From Bugula neritina (lineage: Eukaryota; Animalia; Bryozoa): 64,000 bases of DNA. The stretch covers positions 6,768,698 through 6,832,697 of the forward strand of contig OZ037765.1 of assembly GCA_964035545.1 (NCBI GenBank), in the 5' to 3' direction. Every line of letters begins with the position of its first letter. Within the stretch, counting starts at the first letter, position 1. This document shows positions 40,701-55,700 of the stretch, one piece after another. Both the position numbers and the translations under genes were made by a program. Under the pieces are notes generated by a model that saw only the letters and a program-made list of their open reading frames with translations, did not search any database and was not told the DNA's origin.

Positions 40701-43700
40701 GTAAAGTTGATAAAATAAATACAATTATGTGATTGTTTTACTGCTATATATTAAATTTAAATGAGTTGAATAATATCCTAGTGCATTGAATTAGATATTT
40801 TTTTTAGCTTTGGTACACCTGTTTGTTATAGGCTAACATTCCACCAATAGAAGAATGGTGCAAGTAGAAGAAATTTCAGGTGCAGAAAGCTAAGGAGCAG
40901 TCAGAATGCTGCCAGAGTTGTGAAGAGGCACTTGAAAAAGCTGAATTTCAATAATGACATGAAATTCGTAACAGATCACCCTGGTGTAATTGAACTGACA
41001 TGGCCAGCAGAGTTCTCGAAGTCACATACAACAGCTATTTACATCATCATGGTTAGCTTAAATGTAATTCCTATATCAGTCTCTAATATATAGTTTGATA
41101 TCTGCTGTAAATTCGCTTAAGGAGCATACACATAACCAAAACTGAGTTACACTATAGTATTTGTTCTTGAATATATTTACCAAGATAAGTAGATTTGCTA
41201 ATTCATTAACAGTAAAATTATAATGATACAACAATTTTTCTTTTAGATGATTCAATCAATAACACAAGACACTACAACATGGTTTTGCAGTTATAGAGTA
41301 TTAATTTTCTGGCTCTTTCCAAATCTTCATAGAAGGCAAAGAAAACCACCGTCAGCTTGCCTTTATAACTGAGTGCACGCGTCTTCCACCTACAGATGAT
41401 GGTTAACAATTTGCTGGTGTGGAACTTTCTAATTTTGTTTACAATGAAGATAGATTATAGGACATTATTCTTTATGTAAAGATTGTCAAGTTTTGTTATA
41501 ATTAAGAACAGTTTTAGTTTCAATAAATCAGTTCAACATTATGGACATCATTGCACAAACATTTTAATCTTTACTATCTACAAAGGTATCTGATGGACTA
41601 CTTAAAAATACAAAACTATGCTCCAGATACACAATGCACTGACCAGCAAAGTTAAAATGAGTTGGAGATGTAAAACATAATATCTTGTTCAAGGCTTTTC
41701 CCTGCTGTTGGAACCTTCTACTTCAGAACACTGAATTGAACAAACATATGTAGATATATGAAACTTTGCAAAAAATAATAATGTGAAATTAGTTGCTAAG
41801 TATCACATTGCTAATAAATACAGCATTGTGTAATGTTTTATTTAATTTTTTTTTGAGCCATTGGATCTATAGGCCCGCATAGTATTTACTATATTATAAC
41901 TAATAAATTGCAGACACATTATGTCAGACCAGTTTCCATTTAAATAGAATAGTGTAGGCTATCAAATTTGTAGAAGTAAAAAACCGCATTCATATTTAGT
42001 AAAATACTTGCCTTTTTTTTCATGATGCCTCTACTGCTAAAAAGAGAAGTTTTTATCAATACAGCTCCATCAATCTGTATCCTGATGAAGCTAGTAGTTT
42101 AGGAACATTTGTGGGGGGGGGGGGGAGTGTAGGCTGAGCTGCAGTATAGGAAAAACCCCAACATATGTAATCTATTCAGCACATTATATGTATATTTATT
42201 CAAAAAAGGATTTAGAAAATGCTTTATGAAGAGATGAACAAAGTAAAAATTAATGCTGGTGAAAGTAATATTATTACACCCATTAGAATTACTAGCAGCT
42301 ATAGCATTAACATTATGTATTTTCATAAAAATGTGTCTAATTTATGCTACAAAGTTATTACTGCCAAAGGTTACAAAATTTACCAGTCACATTCATGCAG
42401 CTGGCGGAGAATAACTAACTTTCACTTGCAATAAATATTATATAATATATTGATAATTATTGGAATCATAATTATATTTATTGTTATGATCATTATGATT
42501 ATAATTATTTAATATTATCTTTATGTTTGTATTTAAAGTTGTTCCTTAAATTAAAAGTTGTTTAAGTTTTATAAATTTATTATAATTATATTTCTGTATA
42601 AGTATTAGTATAATTAAATTATTATAATTTATATTTTATTATTTATATTTATTTCACTTTTTATTTCAAGACCAGCAGTTCAAATTGAAATTAATACTTG
42701 TGTCGTTTGCTTTATATTATAACTTACAAGTATAACTATTAACATAATAATATTACATTTGCTATTAGTATTACTATGAATATAAATATTTATATTAATA
42801 TAGCTATCGGTATAACTTATAGTTATAGTTATACTTATAGTTATAACTAATATAACTATAAGTATAAGTATTAGTTTCGAAACTGATCCTGCTCCGTAAC
42901 ATTAACATACTGATACTGTCATATGATTATCATTATGACTAATAATAGTATTAATAAATATAACCATTGAATATTATTAATAATAGTTCACCAATAGGCG
43001 ATAGTCATAGACTTAGAGTGAGAGTCAATGTCATAGAAATAGAGTTAGACTAGTGACACTCATACTGATACTGATACTCATACTGTGATTCACTTTCAGT
43101 TACAAATTTCAAAACTTGGTTTTACGTAGACAACTACTAACCTATAATTCATCACAAAACGGTTGAAAATCATCATTTACTGCATATTTAAGAGTAATTT
43201 TCTGGTAGTGTGGTCGACATGATAATTGAAATTAAAATAGGGAAAATAATTATTTTGTGATTTACAGCAAGTTACAAACTAGCGAAATGAAATAGTCCAT
43301 TTGAAAACAGTTAAATTAGTTACCTTTCTTGATGTTGCGTAGCTAACGTTAGTTATTAGTAGCCGCCCGAAGAGTAACATTCATGTGATTTGAGCTACGA
43401 ATAACGAGAATCTGCGACAAACCCGCTTCTTAATAACTTTACGCGATATAAACTCACGCTACAATTGGGCTATTTTGCCATCCCCACGTCACGGAGGGCA
43501 CGCTCGCGGGCAAGTCTGGGCAAGTCTAAGACACCTAATATGACCACTTTTACTTACATTTTTGTAGTGTTTTCGTATAAGAAATTGGGTAAAATGCTGA
43601 TAAAACAGTTGAAAAGCATGCAAACTTTTGCTCAAATGTAATAAATAACCTGGAAGCTTACCGCCTTTAAGATGAAGGTATGCAGTGAACAGGCTGGCAG

Positions 43701-46700
43701 ATTTATAGGGCATGTTTTACATCACTAGACATTGATTTGCTGGCCTTTTGATGAACTGCTTATATTTTGTGCTGAAAGGGTTTCGATATCTTCCAATGGA
43801 ACGCTGATTATATCTGATGCCGGGCTGTCTGACGGAGGCGTCTATCAGTGTGTTGCAGTCAACGGACAAGACACCATTTTTGACCAAACTTATGTCAAAC
43901 TCAACAGTGAGTTGATTATGTTAATTTGTCCATCACTTTATTGTTTTTATCTCCTTTTTTATTAACTATGATGTATATTTTTGTTAGTAATATTAATTTA
44001 GTATTGATTTAGCATTTAATTACGAACCTCCAAATATTTGTCTTGTATTTGGTGTTCAAATATTTGTAAGGTTTGTACGAAAGCTGATTGCTCATCAAAC
44101 ATTATGCAGCGTCCGAATACCAATATCTGCTTGATAGTCTATTTCACTTTAGAATTGCCCCATCAGAACTTGTAAACAAACGGAGTATGTTGGCTGCAGC
44201 TGTCCCAAGTGCTGCACCATTTTCCAAGTTTCTCAATCTCACTATGAAGTTTAAACTTTCCATTGCTGGTGCAGTTTGTTCAGCACCTAGTTAACAATAG
44301 TCCTACTAAATCACTGCTAGACATAAAATGATTAATAGGCTCTATTCAAGTGGATGTCACTGTGCAATCATCACTCTTTCACTGAATACGCATGGGCAGT
44401 TGCAGTGAAGTTACAACACATAAAGAAAAGGGGTTACATTTTCTCACCACGTTATAGTGTATTGGAGTGGTGGTTTTTTTATGTCATTATACTTTAATGT
44501 GGTCATGAAACAGTCTTATATATTTGCTGGTGATGCCTTTAATACTGTCTACAGTCTACAGTAACCCATCTTTATTTGCTGCTGCTAATGATCATAATGG
44601 CAGCTATAAAAAAGACATTCTATAATGCGCTTTTACTTATAGCTAGAAATTCTTGTGGTTAAGTGATCGCATATCTGTGGCTGCTATTTTTTGAGTCTTC
44701 TGACATGTTAGAGGAAAAGCATCTGCCAATCACTGGTGGACAAGCCATAGTACAGCTAGCTACTAGCAAGATAGTTTACAAGTGGTGAAATATTAACTCA
44801 ATATTGTATTGTATAAACACTGTGCTAAACTAATTACATTGTAATAGTTTACAATGTAAATACTAGCAAGTGACTAGATAAAGCAAGTAGGGACATTATA
44901 CCTGGAGACAGGTATAAAAGGATGACCAAATCTATATTAACAGCCATTACCTCTGATTTAAGGATAATGCTGTGTAGCTTAATGGTCAGTTAGAGATGAT
45001 GACTCATCAGTCAATGTTGTAGCTATTTTTTGTTAGACATCATGAATTTTCATATTATTCACAAACATCAACTCCTGTCACTGCAATACTATGCAGCAGA
45101 TGAAGTGTGATTAGTGATAACACATAACCAAAATAATGCCTTGCAATAATAGACAAAAATGCAAATCTTACCTTTCACGTAATGTAGGTTTGTTCATTGT
45201 AAGTGGTAAATACTGCTCGTTTTAGCTGTAATATCTTCTCTTATACTTGATAACCACTCCCTGACCATATTTCTGTTATTGTAACAGGTTTCCATAGCAA
45301 TGGCACTGATCCTTTTTTTGCAGGCTATGCCCCAGATTTTACCACAAGACCTGCTAACCAAACCTTACTTTCTGGTGGTAGCGTATCACTAACATACATT
45401 GTTGATGGCCAGCCTGTCCCTTCCATATACTGGAGATTCCGTAAGTCATTTTACTATTGTTAGTCTAAAATCTGACTTATCTATAGTAGTGATTTCATTG
45501 ATGTATTGATTAACTTTATGTGGACAATGAGAAGTTAATTTGCTTTCTATGTCATTCTGTATAATCACAGTCTGTTGATGAAATGTATGCATTGTCAATT
45601 ACGCCACAATTTAACTTAAATTTTATCTACTATGACTATATATGTATCTCAATTCAAAATGGCATGCTTTTGATAAAAGTTTAGTCATTTAGTTCTGACT
45701 GAAATTCTTTCATGTCATATATCCTTATAGACTTATACCTAGTGTGTAATATTGATTACAAAATTAGTTTAAGATGGCTAAGCTGTTTATGATCTATCAA
45801 AAATCAATTTTTACATCTACATACATAAATTGGATCTTAGTATGTTATCTGACATATTTGTTGGGGTAATTAGGCTCAAGTGTGGGTAGTGAGAACAAGA
45901 CCTTGACCAATGGCGGCAGGTATACCATCACCAGCGGCAGGTTGAGCATAGCTTCTGCTACATGGCTGGACAGTGGAGTGTATACTTGTAAAGCTAACAA
46001 CAGTTTGGGAGCAGCTGAATCTCTTGCTCATGTAGCTGTGTTAAGTAAGTCTTAACGTATTGATAACTAACAGCCCTAATGTATCATTATTATGTATTAC
46101 AGATGTTAAGTTACATTTGATACATGCTTTGTGTTGAAAAATAATTTCATGCTGTTGGATTTGAACCCATTATGCCAAATAGCTGCGTTGTTCGTAAGTT
46201 GCGGCTGTGCACAGTGACTATCAAAAACTTAATCTGCATTACATTGTTTATCCCTAGAGTAGGGGTACCACACTGTAGGCCCACTAAAATATGACCTCCA
46301 ACTTTTGACTTCCGGTCTCATTTAGCAACATGTTTAAGAATAAAATATAATCTGCTTGTCAGACTATCGAGAACAAAATTAACCAGCATTGATGTCTGTA
46401 TAACTATAACCCTTATATGTCAAAAATTCACTGAGTAAACAATGTTTGTAGAGGTCAAGTAATTTTAAGGACGCCCAATGCTCCCCCAGGCTGTTGAATA
46501 TTTAAAACTTGTCTTCAGCAAATTGATTTCAGAAACTCTTGTGAAGATAAGCTTGCAATGTGATTCTTTGCCTAACTACTATCATAGTTTGCCTTGACTA
46601 TTATAAAATCATATCTGCTTTAGTCATAGAGAGAGCTTCTCGTAACAGGAAAGAAGTTTGTTTTCAACTCTCAATATGCAAAATATTGCCAAACTCACTG

Positions 46701-49700
46701 TTGGAATATATTATTCTAATGAAAGCATAACTAACCCTTTGTTTTAAAGTATTGATAGGAAAATATTGCAAAAGTTGAGGAAATTATGTATCTAGTATCA
46801 GTTATTTATGGTAATTTTAGTTAGGAAACTTTTCATAATAATCTATTTGTTCTTTTGTTACCCTCATGGACACATAGTAAATATTAAATTAAATATCATT
46901 CTAGTACAGTGAATAATTTGTTAACAGATCAGACGAGCATCAACCGGCAGCAATATCCTATCGAGGAACAGAAGTCAGCGTCGGTTACCCGCTCCTGCAT
47001 GTTGAATATAGACTTGAGGATATCGGCTCAGATCGTATGGCTGCTAAATGATACAACTGTTATTGTATCAGACAGTAACCGCCGTCTGGAAGATAATAAT
47101 CAAACTCTGAGATTTGTTGCCCTGCGCTCTTATTTTGACCAGGGAACGTTTACATGTAAAGTATACTCTGAAGGGGGAAATGACACGCAGTCGTTCAGTA
47201 TTACTGTTGTGGAGGTACCTTACCGTGTCAGTCCACAGGCGGAGTTGTCCACTGTGCGTCGTACTATAAGCATTTCATGGCAGCCGCCATTTAATGGGAA
47301 TCGAGAGATCACCGAGTACATCATTCGGTCGAAAGAACTTAGCTCATGTAAGTGAATATAGTCTGAATAATTGACTCTCTCATAATATACCTGCAAGTAT
47401 TAGTCTACGGTTTGTATTTATGTCTGCTGTACAACATTATGCTATGTTCTGACTACAGCTGCTGATTTTGCCACCATTGACACTATACCTGGTGATCAAA
47501 GGAGCTACGATGCTGGAAATCTTAAACCTTCGAAATCTTATCAGTTTATTATTATTGCCAAGAATGCAATCGGTGAAGGACAAACTGGGGATGCTACGCC
47601 TGCCATCAAGATACCTGCAGAGGGTAAGTACTTTACTAAACAAAAATTGTTTAAAGTTCTAAGAATAGATCAACGCCAAACTGTATTGAAGGCTTCGAAG
47701 CTGTGAGAGTTATCCCTATTTTAATCAAAAAATTTTGTCCAGGGAGTTCCTCGTTTAATATAAGGCCTCTAAATACTTGTAATGAACTCATATTGTATTT
47801 GATTGTTATCTATTTTGTAATCTTGCTTTTAGCCCCAAGTGCTCCTCCTCAAAGAGTTGAAGTGGTAGCCACGGGCCAACGCTCTGTTAGAGTGACCTTC
47901 TTACCTCCCCCTGAAACTGATTGGAATTCAGAAAGAATATATGGCTATAAAGTGGAATACAGAACTGCAGTGAACTCAGCGCCTCTTGGAACTGTAGTTC
48001 ATAATACCTCTTCCACAGGCTCTATCACTGTGAATATAGTCGACCTGCTACCATACCAAGAGTATGTAACTTTATACTTCTTTTTTCCCTCTGATCTCTA
48101 ATAATAAATGCAATAGAAAATTGAGCAAACTATCGCTATGAAGCATTGCTATTATGTAACCATTCCTATAAAATATTGCCTCATAAACTGAACTTAACTC
48201 AGTAATAATTGCTGTATAATGGAATTCCTAAACTACTAAACATGATATTTGTATTGCAAGTGTTTTATGTACTACAAAGTGTTTTATTACTGCCAAGGTA
48301 TCTGTGCATTGGCATTACTGTTCATGCAACTATAAAGTGCACAATACATAGCCAATATGTATGTAGCCAACAGAATGGCTGTCTTAGGTAAACTGTTGGA
48401 GTTTGCCATGCCAGATGTCATTTTAGACCAAACTTCTCCTATTTATTAACCTCATGAATTTTTGGTGCTCCAAGAATTTACAATTTCTCCTGGGTACTTG
48501 GACAGCTGCTACTGTTCCACTTTTCCTGCTATTACGTGTGTAGGCAAATGACAGAAATAAAAATAGGAAGTTGGTTTTATATTTAGAAACAAGTAATTTA
48601 ATGGCAGCTATATTACTAAATAATGAACTTTAAACCACCATATGGAATCTAGACAATGTAAGCAGACTATGCGAAACAATGTGGAGGTGAATAGTCCATC
48701 CACTAACCATGTGCCAGGGTGTATATAATTATCACAATTATTAACTATTTAAGGTACTGGGTGAGAGTAGCTGCCTTCAATGAAGTGCCCACTGACTCAC
48801 CTGCATTCACCACACTAATCAAGGTTACTACTCTGGAAGGGGTTCCTCAAACAGAGCCTGTGTTCCTAAATGTGTCAGCTAGCACCTCAACAAGCTGTTT
48901 GTTATACTGGAAAGCACCTGACTCTAGAACTATAAACGGACGGCCTAGAGGTTAGTATAATAATATCTTATGAGTCAGCTGTAATTTGGAGTTGTAAAAT
49001 TTGTACATTAATAATACTTTATTTATTGCCAATTTGCAGTGGAATAGATTTATCAAAAAATTATAATTCTTAGCTACATAGCCAGTAGCTGCTGTTTTCG
49101 AGATATGTTTTTTTCTGCGTAGTGATGATAACTTTGAACCAGGAGCCAACATTGTAATACTCATGACTCATGGGGTCACTAGTATCATATCTATGATTTG
49201 GTCACTTGTCTAAAATCACCACGGAATCGCACAGAACACTTCATGCAGTTTGAAGTCACTTGCTTTCAAACACCAGCTGGAAAATCTATATAGCAGATTA
49301 TAGATTTAGAATATTGATTTCAAGATTTTTCTTGTACATATTATTTTGTTGTTTTAGTTTTGTGCTTGATAATTATATGGTTTTGACTAATTTGTGTAAA
49401 CAGAGTAGTGAACATTTGGAGTCATATGAGACAATTTTATTTATTTTTATAGGCTATTATTTGAAAGCATACGAAGGGGATTCTGATACTGAATGGGCTA
49501 GTAAATCAGTGAATGTATCTCGTAATGTAGTAGAGAGAAATAGTATTACTGGGCTCAAGAAGTTTACCCTCTACAGGTGAGTTGAGACTGCTGAGTGAAT
49601 ATAAATGAACAGCAGGAGAAAATAACCTTGTTTAGATAATCCAAGAGGAAAAGTAGTATACTAAATGAATTGTATATCTTTCTATTGTATTCCATACTGT

Positions 49701-52700
49701 CTTCCATCTGTCCTGTCTATTGTATGTTGTGTGCTGAAATTACTTTTTAAGCACTACAATTTACATGACTAAATGACTATATACTGCGATGTTGATAGTC
49801 TAATGATCTAATAATAGTTCATTATTTTTTTCTCATCATATAAAGTACAAATGTCCTTTATAGGTATAACAGACCTTTATAACATGCTTTTAATCTTCAA
49901 TATGTTCACCATTACAATTTTTTGCTCTGCAATTGTTAAGTCATTAAAGATGAAAGCTGTTAGATTTTAGAGATAGTAGTACAAGGAGACTAGGCAGTTA
50001 TGTAATAGCGATGTACTATATATTCTATATATCGGTATAACAACGTAATGCACTGTAATGGTGTTACAGGGTTATAAAAAGTCAATTAAGGTTTTGTTGT
50101 ACAGTTTCTTTTCATTTCGAGTTTATAATATTTTATGTAAAAGTAAATTTGGTAGAAATATTAACTGGTCAAGGTGATATTGGGTCGGTAGAAAGTGTGT
50201 GAAAAAATAGGAATTATTGAATAATGAATAATGATGAATGTTCTAGAATTGAGGTGCTGCTATTCACTGGTGGAGGTGTGAGCCCACCCGCATCTCTCGA
50301 CTGTCAAACTCTGGAGGATACACCTGAGGCTGTATTCAGTCTGGAGGTGCCGGATCTGTACAGACGGCATAATAGTCTGACTGTGACATGGGAGCCCCCT
50401 CTAGTTGCCAACGGCATACTGAAACGTGAGTGGCTTTTCAATTATTATATTTTAAACACTTTTCAATTGCCACCCTTCAAAACTATCATGAATTCCCTAG
50501 AAAATTCATGCCAGTCTGCATTAGTAATAACAAGTTCTTCATTGCATTTCCAGCTCTTGAGCACTGCTACAAGTAATACACAACTAGCTGTAGAATTGTT
50601 GAGTTGTAAACTTATTTTATTGCTTTGTTTGAACTATACACATAGCCAATAACAACTAGATAACCACAATACTATTTAATAGGCTACAAGGTTAGCGTAG
50701 TCGGAGGAGATAACTACAACGTTGACCATCCGCAAACCAACTTCACCATATTAGACCTAGACGCAGAGTCTGAGTATACTATCTCAGTGAGTGCAGCTAC
50801 TACAGTAGGACTGGGTCCTAGTCTACCAATCACAGTATCCACTAGACCTCCACCTAGTAAGTCATTGTGCCATACTTTAAACCTACAAAGTGTTGTAAGA
50901 TGATATTAATACTTTTGCAAAAGTGAAAAATAATTATGTACAGGTTTTAAGTGGCCCATCTCAAAATATTTAGTACACACAGAAAAAAATTATCAAAAAA
51001 TAAAACTTGTAGTAGAAAGCTCAAACTTTGTGATAAGGGTAATTATTAGGTGCTGAATTCAAATATGAAATTATTTTTTTGCTATAGGTGCTTAAACTTG
51101 ACCTTTAACCTCTCAAAAGTCCGCAGTCCAAAAAAATGGTGAAATATAAATGTTTATATTTTAATAAACAAAACATGGTTTTAGACTAATATAAGGGCTC
51201 TGAATTCAAAAATAATACTAGTTTTTATCTGTGATAGACACATTTATACCTTTGGCTCTAAAAAAAAATTTATTAAAAATATTGCAGCATAAAGAGACAA
51301 AAGTTTTATGATTGGTTTTAAACAGAATGACTTTATTTTGGAAAATAATTTTCTACAGACTAAACTTTTAAAATTGACAGCATATGCATACAGCAGGTGC
51401 CTTTCCAAACCACTTATGAGGTAGGCTAATAGCTTGTTACTTTTTTGTATAAATTGACAGTTCACCAGTAGTCCTATTATATCGAGTACAAGACATTCAC
51501 ACAAACAAAATGCATGCACAAAACATAAAATATTGTCAACAAACCATGAAATACATATTCACTAACACACTTCCTTCTACCTTATCTACACTCACATCTC
51601 CTCCTACAAAAAACAGTAAGACAAATTATAGAATGTTTGCTAATGTTGATGTACACATTTAAACTTTCATCATTATTTCACAAGTAGCAGTTGCAGAAAC
51701 CATGTGAGCTTGAGCTGATGTTAGTGCAGCCCTCTCAAAATTTTGCTAGTTGTATAGGAGTAGATTGTTTAGTCTACATTTCTATTGTACTGGCTTCATC
51801 GTAAGATTTATCTAAACTTAACTAAGCTGTATATTTTAAGTATGATTTTTATTTTAATCGCTCTTCTGAACTTTCAATTTGTCTATACTTGTTCAGACGT
51901 TGACATACCCCTCAGTTGTTGCTTCCTTCTCTCTTGCTGCTCTTCAGACCACTGCTTTTTTCTGATGAAGCATGGCTCCTAGCAGTGGACTGTTGCCTGG
52001 TCTTGAAAGGCATGGAACTATTCTATACAATATAAAAACTAAAATATACGAGTTTTTTAGTTTGGTAAGCTATTGAGACTAATGCTTAGAAGAGTGAGGG
52101 TTAGCTATAATCTAAGTTATTGGCTATTAATAACTTAATGCATAAGATAATGAAACTAAATAGTTGCAAAACAAGAGCTAGCCTTCAGCATAAAGTTGTA
52201 TTTAAATTGACTATTAGTGTTACAAGCTATTACACTATTGACAAGTTGTTAGCAATGATTAATTTGCTTAAGTACCCGTAGCGTACTTGTCCGTAGTATA
52301 ACTTACTCATTCAACTTAAACCAAAGGAGCTAATCCAAATCACTATTATGTACTAAGTAGATATATTAACATATTAATATTACTGCAACTTATTCTTAAA
52401 TTTCTAATTAAATTAAATTTATCAAGTGCAAACTATAAAAAATGCCAATAAGCAGGGATCAAGCACTCAGAGTGAGAGTAGTAAGAGTAAGAGTAATCAC
52501 TCATTCTTAATGCTTATGTTATTAAGAAAAGTAATACTAATAGTATTAGTATTGGTAATATCATATTGAGTTCAATATCATTACACTTACAGTTTGAATT
52601 TACACATCGCAGTTTACAATATTCAGTATTGACTATTGAATTCAAAATGAATCATTAAATGGTGAATGGCTACTACAATTTCAATTTGAATTTTAAGTTG

Positions 52701-55700
52701 CTGATCGCGACAATAAAAGTTTTAGTTGAATATAAATTACGGCAATTCAAAACTAAAGTCTAAATACGCAAGTGCAATTTAAACTTAATGCATTAAAAAG
52801 TTATTTACTTAGTTATTTAGTTCTTATTTTCCATTATCATTCATTTTAAATTATTAATAATAGAAATATGTTATGATAAACTTAAAGAGTTACTCGTTAT
52901 CGTTATGATTGGGATTATCATTGTAAGAATTGATAAAACAAAAGAATAAAGCCTTAGAGAAAAATTGACTGAAAGTTATATTGTTTGATAAATATAAAAA
53001 GTTATGAGAAGTTTGGAAAAATACAATTAATACTAACCTGACGAAATAAATGATAACTAAACCGCTATGCCATCAGATTATTTTCTTGGCAACAAACCGG
53101 ATGCGCTACTATACTCTAAATTCTAGAAGTTTCAAGATGACTTTATTTATGAAAACAAAATTAGATTACTGTGTAATTATTTTATACTTATGAATAAACA
53201 AAATAAAAATATATTTCTTGTTGTAAAAAATGAGTTTGAGCAAAATAATAAAATTTAACTATTTTATTTGAGAGTGTAAACAGAAAGCGTTAGCAATTTC
53301 GTTCTCACGTGCTCATACTCAATTTACGGACAATTGTTGCGGACAAAAAATTCGTGAGGTTGAAACACTAAAACAGGAATATCTAAACTTGTACTGCTAG
53401 GAATTAGACATTCAGCACACCAAGAGATTGACAAGCTTTTTTAGAACAGTTTAAGGAAAAAAATATAATCATAATATATATTTATAAAAAAGTTATGCTA
53501 TGTCAAAGTTGAAATGTGTTACCCACTGAATTTATTTTTCAGTGGGTAAAATTTATAAATTTGTCATTTTTTCAATAAAAAATGCATAATATAGCTTAAA
53601 TATACTAATTTTATAATAAATTAAAATGTTTTTTATTCTGGGACACAGTGAGTTCACATATTTGAAGCATCAGAGAGCTAGACAACATCATTTTTGAAAA
53701 CCTGTCCTTATTTTGCACTGTACTAATTATTTTGAGATGAGCCAAGTTGTTGCAATTATTTGAGTTGTTGAACTAACCTCGCTGATGTGTACTGAAACTG
53801 GTTTGACAAGATGTAAATGCCAGATAACGACGTAAAGTGCATCAATCACACGATGGATTTTATGTTTACACAAATTTAGTCATTGTTTGAAATATAAATA
53901 TTTTAAGCTTGAAATTTTGATTATAGATATTTTTGTCTAAGTTTGACAAGTTTATGTATTTTAGGCTTTGTGTTGTCATTAATGTGTTTTATTGTGGTTG
54001 TATTAGATATGACTAATAATACATTATCTGAATTGGAGGATATGAATTTTCAATAGTTTCATAGTTTTATTATATAAGAGTTGATGTTGTGCAGGAAGAC
54101 CAGATAAACCAACTAATGTTCAAGTGGTGGATAAACAGAGCAGATCCGCTACTCTTTCTTTCATTCCTGGATTCAATGGAGAAGCTCCGATTACTAATTA
54201 TATTGTTGAGTACCGACATGGACTGAGGCAGAACTGGACGCAAATTGCTGATATCAAAGTTGTGGACCCATCCTCGAGGTATACTACACTCCTAGCTGTA
54301 TACTACACCCCTAGCTGTATACTACACTTCTAGCTGTATACTACACCCCTAGCTGTATACTACACCCCTAGCTGTATACTACACCCCTAGCTGTATACTA
54401 CACCCCTAGCTGTATACTACACTCCTAGCTGTATGCTACACCCCTAGCTGTACACCCCTAGCTGTATGCTACACCCCTAGCTGTATACTACACCCCTAGC
54501 TGTATGCTACACCCCTAGCTGTATACTACACCCCTAGCTGTATGCTACACCCCTAGCTGTATACTACACCCCTAGCTGTATACTACACCCCTAGCTGTAT
54601 ACTACACTCCTAGCTGTACTTCTAGCTATATACTACACCCCTAGCTGTACACTCCTAGCTGTATACTACACCCCTAGCTGTACACTCCTAGCTGTATACT
54701 ACACCCCTAGCTGTATGCTACACTCCTAGCTGTATACTACACCCCTAGCTGTATACTCTTAGATGTATACACAGCCTCCAGTGAAAGTAGTTAAACTGTA
54801 TGGAGTACCTCCCACTACTACTTTTTCTCCATGTTTAATAGCACAGTTATGTAATATAGTTTGTTGCTAACAGAATGTGTGTTTTTTAATTTATTACCTA
54901 TTCATTAGCCCACCATAAATTTATATTAGCTATCTGTTGAGTTATTCAGTCTTCTCAGAGATCCACTCTTGAATATCTACTTTTTCTATTCCTACTTGTA
55001 GTTTTAGCGCTCAAAGAAGAAGTTTGTTTTCTTCAGACTTTTGTCTGACATATATAGCATTCTTATGATCAAATGAGCAAAATTTTATTGCTACAACAAA
55101 GATGAAAGAAAGTGCCATGTAAAGCTTCTAATCAAATTAGTGGTGATAAATTGGATGAAATTTGAATAGAAATGCTATAGTGACCTTCATACAACCGGAA
55201 TGTTCTATAATTTTATAGGCAACTGGAAGTAACTTCTCTGCAGCCCTACAACGACTACTATTTTCATGTAATTGCTGTGAATGTTGCTGGGGCTAGTATA
55301 GCCAGTGATTCTACTGAAGTTGTCACCACCCTTATGGCACCTCCGGATGCCCCTCCAGCCGGCGTGGCAGTGAGGGCTCAGAATCACTCTACACTTATCA
55401 TCAGCTGGACGGTATGAAAACATTATTATTACTCAGTGAATAGTTTATTATTTGTGTTATTATTTCAGACAGCAAAACAACAATTATTTCCTTTGCATGT
55501 GTAATATTTAGCGCTATGATTTTTCACGATTTCTACTATTTTAGTTATTTATGGTGGTGCCACGACAACTAATGTCATCATTTATTTTCTATTCATGTGT
55601 ATAGTTTATGGGTGAATCAGTGTTGCAACAAAACTTGGCTATTCATCACGAAGTAAATTGTATATATAACAATCACGCTATCAACTGGCATGATATAACA

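Noticed and set aside
54279-54770. Regular 19-bp array resembling a CRISPR array
   Set aside because: No unique spacers, eukaryotic intron, no cas genes; it is a minisatellite.
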